Positions 42,554 through 53,752 of a stretch of 64,000 bases of DNA are shown here, piece after piece; the first letter of the stretch is position 1; every line of letters starts with the position of its first letter. Source of the DNA: Octopus bimaculoides (taxonomy: Eukaryota); contig NC_068999.1 in assembly GCF_001194135.2 (NCBI RefSeq), positions 33,036,931 through 33,100,930 of the forward strand. The letters are read 5' to 3'. The notes under the pieces were generated by a model. That model ran no database searches and was not told where the DNA came from. It was given only the letters and a program-made list of their open reading frames with translations. Both the position numbers and the translations under genes were made by a program.

Positions 42554-45500
42554 GTTTTTACTCTGTTTGTTTCTAGATTATTGTCAACCTGCTTCTAGCC
42601 ATGTGCTGTTGTACCCGCTTCATGCTGACACATTTCCACCATCACTGTCACCAACCACTTTCAACTACACCAAATCTGCACCCTTCTCACCATATATTTG
42701 CTCTTGTGTCTGCATGTAGAAAAAGTGATATTTATGCAATGAAACAAAGGTGCCCAGTCTAAATCCAGCTGGCAGGCACATTTATATAGGGACTACAGAT
42801 GAGTGGTTCCAGTGTTGGAACCACATATTGATAGTATTTGTGTATCTACCAGAAGTGAAGTATTTGTGTAGTGATCCAGCCCAAATGTTCTATCTGTTTT
42901 ATGCTCAAACTGACTAAATCTGGCATATCAAGCCTATCTTACAATGTCTTTCTAAAAATAAACAATCACATCATTGAAATCTCATATTTACAGGATAATA
43001 CTTGATTAATTCAAAACAATATGGATAAATAAGAATTTAATAGAGTAAACTGTATGCTAAATGGTTTAAAGGTACTTGTGTAGGGACACATAGGAAAGAT
43101 ACTTGTGTAGATAATGTGTTTATGAAAAATTTAATGTAAATGATATAAAGCATAAACATAAATTTGAAAGAACAGCTCCCCCCCTCCCCCATGGCTCACC
43201 AACAGCAGGTGTTGAATCAATTATCTGGTGTTTACTGGCCAAGTAAGAATTTGTAGTGACATGCTTCACTAACCATCATTTTTTAATCATGTAGCTACCA
43301 TTTGCCATGTAACCACTCTAGTTACATAGTTCATATCCCATTAATAAGGACCATTTCTCTGTTTTAGTTTACATCAAATTGATATCCATAATATCAGGCA
43401 CATTGTTATGCAATAATCTTCAGTTCAGTCATGCCCCTTCCCTTTTTTTGTGTTTTCATATATTATGAAATGTAATTATGGCACTAATGAAACGAATTCT
43501 AAACAAATTGCTTTAGCTGTTTTTGGCTGATTCTTAGTGGCCAATATTCCATGACTACTATGAAAAAAAAAAGAATGAAGGCCATATAATGGTGAGAGGA
43601 TGCAGAATTGGTTAATCTTGTGTGTGCACATATGTGTTTGTGTGTCTGTTAGTCCAGCAGAAACAGACAGTGGAGTTAACATTTCTAAAGAACAACCAGC
43701 ATTGAATGATAAATATTGCTGCCCTAAACACTTCTGGGTTGATATCTATATCACATCCACATTCCTTAACATGTCACCATTTACAGTATTGTCTTCTTCT
43801 GTTTGGATAGATCTCACTGTCTGTAACTGTTCAGCTAATAACCACACAAACACACATGCACACACATAAATACACATTCACACAATTATGCATTCATAAA
43901 TACACACATTTGTTCATTATTTAAATTTATTTGCTTGCCTTTGTTTAGTGTAATTTTTGTTTTTTAATTATTTCTTGTATCTTTGTTTAAATGAAGACCT
44001 TTTGTGGTAATTCTCATTCTTTAATAAAGGTTAATGACAATAATTATGATGAACTAATGCTAAGCACCATAGTGTTAGGCTGAAGCTCCAAGCAAATTAT
44101 TTGTACAGCTTAGTTTTTATTCCTGGTTGTAGCTACCTTTGCTTCATTTATTCAGTTTTGGAAAAGACATGAATGCCACATCTAGAATTTTCCTCACCTT
44201 CTTTGTTACCATTGTAAGATATTTCTCTTTGAGAAATTCTACCTGATGAATAAATACCTTACAAAGTGAGTCGAAGACACAATTTTTTTTTCTTTAAAAT
44301 CTGTAATGTACACCTGCTCAGCTGTTGTTGATTAAAAGTACTTACATGAGGCCATAGATGTACCTGCACAGGTACATAGTAATTATTTGTATAAGATCAC
44401 AGATTAAAGGTATCTGTGTAAGGCCCTGAGATTAAAGACACTTATGAAGCAACCAGTGGTGAAAGGTTTTTGTGTACTGGCCACAGTTTGAGTATATGTG
44501 TAAAGGTACCTATCTTGGGACCACATAAAATATATTTTTGTAGGACTACACATTAAAGGTACTGGTGTATAAGTTACATATTAAAAGTTACTTTTGCAGT
44601 ACCACTTATTAAAAGCATATATAAAGCACCCAGCATACAAAAATCCCTGCTTAAAATGCTAGTGAGTAGATCATAGTATTGTAGTTTGTTTTTAAATGCC
44701 TCTCTGCTTGTAGGAGCAACTAAATACCCTGTTATCTATTACTAATATTGCCTATTGATTACTGTTGAAGCCAACAAGTTGTTTCATAGAATTCACATTT
44801 ACTCTTTGTTGCATTAACTGGAGTACTACTCACATTTTCTTTTTCTTCCTCATCTTTGGAATGAAGGTTCCACAAAGACATCCACCTCCTTTAAAGATTC
44901 CAGGTTGTAGATTTGTTGAGATGTAAATTGAATTTTATGAATATTGTTATTTATCATTCATGTTAAAGACACCAAAGTAGCAGAAGCAGGGTTATGATAT
45001 TTAGTGACATTTCTTTTACATTTATAATTAGCCAACTCCTACAAGTTTGTATAGGATTTTTCCCCAACAGAGTTAGAAATCATGACTAGCATAATTCCAT
45101 TTGTATCAATATTCTTAAATGATGAAGAATATTATTTTGAAATGGAGGATTGACTGACATGTTGTCCTCTAGGATTTATTGCCATTTTACGTTATGAGTC
45201 CAAATTCCACCAAAGTCAACTTTACCCCTCGTATTTCTGGGTTGGTAAAATAAAACACAGTGGGGATGATAAACTAATGTACTGGCCATATTTTGGGCTC
45301 AATTCACTCAAATGCATACTTCTTACAAAAACGTCTGGCCTTACACCTTATGTTAGAAATTATTAGGCGTCCATGTCATCAAATTATATTTAACTGTTTA
45401 TCATATATATTGTTTTTTCCCTGCTCTCTCTGTTTCACCAGCTTCATCTCTAGATTACAATGTGCCATTCTCTTCATTTTTGCTTTTTCTATATTTGGTT

Positions 45501-46741
45501 TATGTATCTTCTTCAGAACAACATAGTCTTCCTAAGTTTGTCTCTGTATATACATAGATAGCTGTGTGCATGTGTGAGTGTGTGTATGTGTGGTTTTGTA
45601 ATGTGTGCACCCAAACTCAGTCGCATGCACCAACATACACACATGCCAATATGTGTTCATTTATTTCATCACCTTTTCCTCTTCTTTAGTCACAGTGTTT
45701 GGAAATGTTTAATTACAGCTTAATTCTGTTAATTACGACACCAATTTTTCATTTCAAATCTTTATTTTGTTTGTTTTTAATTTTTTTATTTTTTAGTATA
45801 TTTCACTTACCCACCATTTTGCTGAATCTCTTAATATTTCTCTAAATAGTTCTTCAAATGTTGGAATGCCAAATTTCATACTTCCATGCCCACCACCTCA
45901 TAACACTCTTTTGCAATCCTGTTGACTTGACACTGTATTTCCACTCAGTATTTGAATGTTTGTAGTGTAGATAGCCATGCTACCTGATCTTATCATTGTT
46001 ATTATTATTCATTTATTATTATTATTATCATTATTATTATTATTATTAATGCTTATAATACACAAGCAACAGGTTATCAGTTACTTTTCATAGTTGTATC
46101 ATGTCATTATTTTGGAAATCCTGCCAAAATTATGACATACACAACATCAGAGACAGCTTTTTTTTTTTGGTTTTTTTTTTTTTCTCCCCTTCTGTTGTCG
46201 TGTATGCTAGAAGATGAAGAAACGCAATGGGTTGAGAGACATGCAATCAGTCCAACCCTTGTTAGCATGGATAAAATGGATGTCAAATAATGATGATACT
46301 ATCACTTTGTTTTATTATGAAATGCATGTATTTCTGATATTGGATGGAATTATATATATACTTTTTTAATTTCTTTACTTTCTTATCAAAAACTTAACAT
46401 TAAATTAGAAATTTGTAAATAACTAATGTAACAAACCCCTCAAAAAAATGTTTGAAACTAAATGTAAAAAAAAGCATTTTATTATTGAGAATAACAATAA
46501 AATTATAAGGAAAATACTTATAAAATTTATAATTTAATTAATTTGTCTTCCCATGCATGAATAAAGTTAATTCAGTTTGTTTTTAATTAATTAAAATCTA
46601 ATGTTTCTTGCTATCATCTCTACTGTAGTTTGATGTGTGTTGTATCAAAGTTAAGAACAAAATTGTCTATTTTCTCTGTGTGTGTTGTATGTGTGGTTTC
46701 ATCAACATTCTAGCTGGATTTTCTTATTGCATGCCTCATAG

Positions 46742-46762
46742 GTCCTCCTGAGAAGAAACCAG
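46742..46762 (+). CDS. dlg1: Candidate 21-nt microexon, xPPEKKP
   Basis: ttttcttattgcatgcctcatag|gtcctcctgagaagaaaccag|gtaacc. Phase 1 to 1, open frame, good splice sites. Confidence 0.7.
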
Positions 46763-48100
46763 GTAACCAAAATGTTAACTGTGGTTGTGTTGTGGTTATC
46801 ATGTTCATTTTATGCCATATCTGTGTGTTCTTCATCACCTCTATAGTATCTTCTCACCAAAATGCATTCAACTGTAATACTATTATAATAGGAGGTCATT
46901 TCTTCAAATGTAACATTAGTTTTCTGACCACTGTCAGCCTGTGTGCAACCAGTGCATTCCTTAATTCTCTGAGGTTTAGCAACCATTTATATCTATCATC
47001 AACCAAATTACAAAACCTGTTTATAGTCATTTGATCTATTAGAAATAAAAGTCAAATCTCCCTCAAATCCTACTTTAAAATATAAAAGGGGCACATTATA
47101 TAATGTATATATCAACTATGCTCGGAAAGAAAAAACAGAATAATTACAGCTGAAAGGTTTTTGCTTAAGAATAATAAACAATAGTAAATATATTATAGTT
47201 TAAGTATATTCTATAGGGCAGATTGATTTATGGTTAGAAATAGCAGCCAAATGTTTCTGTCTTTAATCACATTGAATAATGTAGTTCAGGTAAATTGCCT
47301 GAATAAAAGATATAGTCATAGCTAGGGTATCATTGATCATTCGCCTATTGGATCAGGACTGATCTGAGGCTAAACAACAGCTACTACCACCTACCATGCA
47401 GTACATGTGGTTATAACTGGAGCATCTTTGATTTACTGGATCTGGGCTGGCTTTATGTCAAACACCATCACCTACCACTCACTGCACATCATCATAATCA
47501 TCATCATATGTCCATTTTTCATGTTGGCATTGGTTGGTCATTTTAGCAGGATCTGGTGAGCTGCATGGCAGCATTGAACTCCAGTGTCAGCTTTGGCATG
47601 GTTTTTACTGCTGGATGCCCTTACTAACACCAACCACTTTACAGGGTGTACTGGGTGTTTTTTGTTCCAACAGCAAGAAGGAAAAAGGAAAGAGCTTCCT
47701 TTACTAAATGGAGTTTAGTGTTTGAGAGGAAAAGAAGGGCAACTGATCTATGCCAGGTGTTGAGAAATAAAAGTGTGATGGAAAGCCCAGTTGTCTTGTT
47801 ATAGAGGAAATACAAAGCTATCCTGTTTTATATAAGGATGGGTGAGAGTAGCTGGAAAGAAGATATAGATGGTGGTGATGAGATGCCAGAGCATTTCAAT
47901 GTGAGTATAAGAAAAGATATAGCCAGGAGAGAGGAGTAGTTTCATAAGCATGTGAGGGGAGAGTAATTGGTGGGTAGAGATAAATATAGTGAATACATAC
48001 CATTCATTGACATTTTCATTTGTTAACTTGATGACATCAAAACCTTAAATTGCTTTTCATTGTATAACCTCACATTCAAATACAGTTGAATGAATTTTAA

Positions 48101-48735
48101 TTTTGTGTCTCTGCTGTATGTAACAACTATTGCCAGGTCTGTATTACTGTTGTTGGTGAATCTCACAACAGTTTAGTGTTTCTGCTGTATGTAACACCTA
48201 TTGCAAGGTCTGTGTTACTGTTGTTGGTTTATCTCACAACAGTTTTGTATCTCTGCTATATCGTAGCAGCTGTTGTAATATCTGTATTACTGTTGTGATG
48301 TTTGTATAGCAGCTGTTGAGAGCTTGTGTTACTGTTGTTGGTATATCTCGCAACAGTTAAGTTGTATATGTTAATGTGTTTCACATAAATTGTTAGCTGT
48401 GTTGTTACTATGTATGTCACAACTGTTGTGAGTGTATGATAATCTCTCTTAACAGTTCTATGTATGATTTAGTATGTCTCAGTTGTTCTTAGGTGTTCGG
48501 TTGATAGTCTCTCACAATTGTTGTTAGGTATATCATTTTATAGTCTTTCACCAATTGTTGTTGGATATGTCATTTTATAATTTGTCACAGAATTGTTAGG
48601 TCTATGATTTTAATATCTGTCTCACAATTGTTGTTAGGTGTGTCATTTTATATATAATCTGTTTCACAGTTGTTGTTAGTTCTATGATTCAATAGTCTCC
48701 CAGAAATGTTATTAGGTGTCTAATTCTCACAAATG
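48101..48735. repeat. Degenerate minisatellite: 71-bp units grading into ~37-bp units
   Basis: Repeated ctgctgtatgtaacac.tattgc.aggtctgt.ttactgttgttggt..atctcacaacag, followed by ctcacaattgttgttaggt.t.tcattttata units. Confidence 0.8.
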
Positions 48736-50454
48736 TTTGCGTTCCAGTGTTCATCTTGCATGATATTAGGTTGTGCTGTTATGCGTGTGAGCTACCGTCA
48801 AGCTATGATGTTGTGATGTTAATCACGATTTGTCTTACGTCTCTTAGCAGACATTCGCAATTGTTTTTGCCGTTTCCAACTGCAAATGGAAAGGTTTCTC
48901 AGATACAAATGTGATCTGTAATTTCCTAAAATCTCTCAATCTTTGACGAGTTGTAAAACAACTTATCAAAGATTAGTGGTAAAGAAGAGGCAGGTATTGT
49001 ATTTTACTGTGAACAATTTAGTGCAAAATCTAGTCTTCTTAGATGGTGCTACTCCACATGTATTTCTAGAACAGAGGAGGCACTAATGCCTGTTGTCTCC
49101 ATAGTGTACCACTGGTGTTTGTAATCTCCATTGTACACCACTGGTATCTGCTGTCTCTGTAGTACACAATTGTTTACTGTTTCCATGGTGCATCACCTGT
49201 TTTCTCTGTCCAGTTCATTATTGTAGATTCATATTAATCTTTCTATTGGAACATTATTTTATTCCACTTTTATTAACCAATGTTGTCTCTGCTGTAATTC
49301 ATTTGAAATAAATTTCTCTCTCTCTCTTTCTCCCCGCTATAATTCTTGCTGACCATTTCCATTATGCTGGCCATTTATAGCAAACAACAACATTAGATAC
49401 TTTTTCTGTTTTATTTTCTTTTCTCTCATTTTTATCTTGATGGAATCAAATTTATTAATTTGCCTCAGACAAACATTTTACGTCTGGTTAATATTACTTT
49501 TTAAATTAGAACTATCTTTCGGATTAGTGTTTCCATGAAAATTTACCTTAAATCTTCAATATTTTCATTTTTATTGTTATTTTGTATTTGTATTACACAA
49601 TTTTCTACTACTACTGCTACTTCTATTATTATTATTGTTATTAGTATTATCATTATTACTACTACTACTACCACCACCACTACCACCACCAACACCACTA
49701 CTATTCTTACTATTTTTCCATTTCCTTTTCAGAATTCTTAATGTATAAATCCTCTTCTTCTTTTCAATGTTTTCTTAATTTCTTGAACATTGGCAAGTAC
49801 AACAATGCATTGATGCACATCTCACTCAGTTCTCTCAGATTCTCTCACAAATATTTACTTAATTCCTTCTTAATCTTAGCATGTTGTCTTTAAGTCTGTT
49901 CATTCTTTTCCAACAGATTTTGATTGGTAGATCCTAAAACTGGATGGATTCACTCTCCATCATTTCTTTTGGAATTGATATAACTTAAAATCTCTGGATC
50001 ACTTCTAAAATTGGTCTTGTGGATCCATGTTGAAATTGATTTTTGTGGATAAGAGTTAAAACTGGTTTCAGTGGATTTGGCTAAAATCAGATTCTGTGAA
50101 TCTGTGTCAATATTAAATAGTCCTTGCACTAGAATGTTGAATGGATTGTTTATTTAACTATTCAGATTCCTTAGTTCTCGGATATTAACATTTCTGAATG
50201 TGAAGATACTCAACTCTATCAGACAAACATGAAACTACCTTTTCCTTGCTCTGCTATTATGGAAGAGAAAATGTATGTCACTGCACATTGTCAAGACTGT
50301 TAAGTGTCATAAATGCTTCAGTTTAGTTCCTTGTGATCCATTTCAGGATTTAAATAAAAAATTTAAAATAAATTTGATCCATTCTGAGCCAAGTCAATCA
50401 ATCAACTGTACCAACTCCTATAAATCTAGTCTTGTGCCTAGACAAGAAACTAAA

Positions 50455-51130
50455 GTGGTAAGCTGGCAGAATCATTAGCATGCCGGGCGAAATGCTTAGC
50501 GGTATTTCATCTGCCACTACACTCTGAGTTCAAATTCCGCCAAGGTCAACTTTGCCTTTCATTCTTTTGGGGTGAATAAAATTAGTACCAGTTGCATAAT
50601 AATCAACTAGTCCCCTCCCCTAAAATTTCTGTCCTTGTGCCTATATAGAAGGATTATTATCATTGTTATTATTATCAAGGTAGTGGGCTGACAGAATTGT
50701 TAGCGCACTGGCCAAAACACTTAGCAGCATTTCATCTGCCTTTACGTTCTGAGTTCAAATTCTGCCATGGTTGACTTTGCCTTTCATCCTTTTGGGGTCA
50801 ATAAATTAAATACCAGTTGAAGATTAGGGTTGATGTAATCAACTCCCCCCCCCTCCCACAAATTTTTGGTCTTGTGCCTTTAGTAGAAAGGATTATTATT
50901 ACCACCACCACAAGCTGGCAGAATCATTAGCATGTCAGACAAAATGCTTAGTGGCGTTTCATCCATCTTTACATTCTGAGTTCAAATTCCATCAAGGTTG
51001 ACTTCGCCTTTCAGGGTTGATAAAAGATAAAATAAGTACGAGTTGAACACTGGAGGGTGATGTAGTCAACTTACCCCCTCCCCCAAACTCGCTGGCCTTG
51101 TGCTAAAATATGAAATCATTATTATTATTA
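50455..51130 (+). mobile_element. Three head-to-tail Meta-domain-like SINEs
   Basis: ~220-bp units at ~50455, 50678 and 50912, each with gagttcaaattc, gtcaactttgcctttcatcc and an (att)n tail. Further singletons at ~38130, 42235, 45140 and 51920. Confidence 0.85.
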
Positions 51131-51270
51131 ACACTTTCTCTTATAGGTACAAGGCCTGAAATTCTGGGAGAGGGTGCTGGTTGATTACTTTGACCCCCAG
51201 TGTTCAACTGGTATTTATTTACGTTATTTACATTTGAAGGGTATTTGTCCTCATCTTGTTTGTTTGTTGT

Positions 51271-51314
51271 TAACACGTTTCGGTTAATATACCCTCCAGC
51301 CTTCATCAGGTGTA
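51271..51314 (-). ncRNA. Degenerate minimal type I hammerhead ribozyme motif A
   Basis: Minus strand tacac CTGATGA a ggctg-gagggtatat-taacc GAAAC gtgtt. It lacks the cleavage triplet found in copy B. Confidence 0.6.
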
Positions 51315-51701
51315 TTGGAGAAATTTCGAACCTGGGTTCTCATTCCTAAGGTATTTTTTGATGTTATTATTATCATTATTCAGGTTACTGCCTGGAATCA
51401 AACTCAGAATCTTGGGGTTAGTAGCCTGCGCTCTTAACCACTACGCCATATGCCCGTGGGCAATTATGGAGTGAATTTTAGGGCTTATAAATCTAATATT
51501 TCCCATATGCTATTCATATCTGCACTCGGACTGCTTAGGAGGTTGTTGTGTCCTAGCATATGTACTGCTTCTTTTAGTTTTCATATTTTCCAGTGGTGTT
51601 CTCTATTATTTTAACTTCATCTCACAGGGAGGGGTGGTCTCCATTTCATCCCTGCATAATAATAATATCGCAAAAATACCCCAGGTTCGAAATTTCCCCT
51701 G

Positions 51702-51747
51702 TTCACCTGATGAAGGCTGGAGAGTATATCAGCCGGAACATTGTGTT
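51702..51747 (+). ncRNA. Degenerate minimal type I hammerhead ribozyme motif B
   Basis: ttcac CTGATGA a ggctg-gagagtatat-cagcc GGAAC att gtgtt. Stem II is perfect; the core GAAA is mutated to GGAA. Confidence 0.6.
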
Positions 51748-52940
51748 AACTACAAACAAGATGAGAACAAATATCCGTCAAATGTAGATAATGTACATAA
51801 TTCCTCTTCTCTTAAATATAGAACTGATATTTATTTCATCAACCCTGAAAAGGTGAAAAGCTAAGTTAATCTTGATTGAATTTGAACTCAGAATATAAAG
51901 ACAGATGGAATGCTGTTGCTGCTAAATTAATAGAATTGTTAGTATATCAACCAAAATGCTTAGCTGCTTTCTTCCAGCTTCACATTCTGAGTTCAAATTC
52001 CACTGAAATCTTTGCCTTTTATCCTCTCAGGGTCCATAAAATAGGTACGAGTTGAGCACTGGGGTGTATGTAATCGACTTGTCCCCTCCTCCTCAAAGAT
52101 GTCGGGCTTTGTGCCTAGAGTAGAAAGAATTTATTACTATTAATAATGCTAGAATATTAATTAACTATCATTTGTCTGTGCTCATATTTCATCGTAATTG
52201 ACAGTGCATTTCATTCTTCCAGGGTCAATGAAATAACTAGCAATACTTATTCTGTTCACAAATCTAAAACTTGGTGTCAATGTGAGAAACAGAAATCATT
52301 AAGATAGTTAATTTCCACAGAGATATGTTATATTGCAGGAATTAGAGTTTGAAGAGACTACATAATATAATAGGAAACGGTTGATGTCAGTTTGTCTGTT
52401 CATTGGTCTGCTTGTAGCAGCAGCTTACTGTTATCGGCTTCAGTAACATTTGTGATGATGGTAGATCACTGAAGGCTTGGTGACATATCAAGCATTTAAG
52501 ACCCTTCTGAATTCTCATGAGAGGTGAGAGCTACCTGCTTGCCTGCAGAATGATAGGCTGCCTGGAAAACTACTTAAGTGCAATTTCTCATGGATCTGTG
52601 AACCAAATTACCTTTAGTTCTTCAAACTACCGGCTTCAAAGTATTCCTTCTGCACTAATTAAGTTTGGAACACACTTCCTCTTCATTTCACTGAATACAG
52701 GGTTTTTAAGATTAGATCTTCAGATGAAAGCTGTATTTCATTTGAACCATTTAGAGAGTTGTGGGGGTTGGGATAAGATCAGTGATGATTTAATGTGTAG
52801 AATTATTAAAACATGACAGAAATATTGGGTGTCAAAAGATATAGATGTCATATCAATGGACATTTAGCTTAGTTCTGTGGCTGAATGTACATAGCTTTAT
52901 CCATACACACACACACACACACTCTCTCTCTATCTCTCTT

Positions 52941-53047
<107 letters not shown>

Positions 53048-53716
53048 TTTGGTTAACACGTAAAACACCTTTTAATGTTAACAAAAGTATGTCACATGTT
53101 CCAACTAGATGTTTTTGTTTTCTTTTTTTACCAGCTCATTGAATTGGTTAAGAGGTTGTGTTGAAGGAAAACAGTATCACTATTTCCATAGCGTCTGTCT
53201 CCCTTATGATTGTTATTAATTATGATGTACTTGCTGTCAAAATACACGTCTTCCATGTGAAATAGTTTTGTCTATATATTTCTGGACTTCATTCAGCATG
53301 TCATCATCACATGCAAGAAACATTGATAAACAAACCATATGTTTACACACATACATGTTCTTTAAAAAAAAACTCCATTTAACATTGCTAAATGTTATTA
53401 TGTACTGTAAATTGCTATATTCACTGTTGACAATGATCAATAATTTTTACCTTCATAAGAAATTTATTTAAATAATTGTCATTAGGAACTTTATTAAAAA
53501 CCCAGAAACTAACCATCTAAAAACCATCATTCTATTTATATATTTCTGAATGACTATTGTTTATTTTTGTTGTTTTCTCTGTTTTTTTGTTCTTTTTTTT
53601 TTTATTAACCATCTGTAAAAACTTCTCATCCAGCTCTTTCTTTGACTCTGTCTTTTAACACACAACCAACTATTTGTCTCTCCTACAATCAATTTGATCC
53701 TATCTCATTACTACAG

Positions 53717-53752
53717 GTGGATTAGCCAGTGATAGTAGGGAAGGTAGTCTTC
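53717..53752 (+). CDS. dlg1: Discs-large 36-nt linker exon, xGLASDSREGSL(R)
   Basis: Acceptor ctacag and donor c|gtaagt; phase 1 to 1. ASDS occupies the position of vertebrate DLG1 SNASDSESSYR, just before RG.E..LSYE. Confidence 0.85.

Larger units (their letters stand above)
51221..51821 (-). mobile_element. 5'-truncated Penelope-like element with inverted terminal arms
   Basis: The minus strand 51650-51485 reads DEVKII../EHHWKI*KLKEAVHMLGHNNLLSSPSADMNSIWEILDL*, a GIY-YIG C-terminal R..KEA motif. Inverted arms lie at ~51221-51375 and 51657-51800. Flanking direct repeats aactggtatttattt (51206-51220) and aactgatatttattt (51822-51836) lie within a split SINE. Confidence 0.8.

Noticed and set aside
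43661-43720. Phase-1 reading xTDSGVNISKEQPALNDK after a NAGNAG
   Set aside because: The upstream tract is a GT repeat rather than pyrimidines, and there is no credible phase-1 donor.
46211-46249. Strong acceptor followed by xDEETQW...
   Set aside because: The nearest GT gives 20 nt (frameshift); the in-frame donor is weak and runs into an RTE tail remnant.
51381-51455. tRNA gene (likewise the heads at 21034, 38820, 40166 and 62088)
   Set aside because: Only A/B boxes are recognisable, there is no full cloverleaf, and each is attached to a repeat body.
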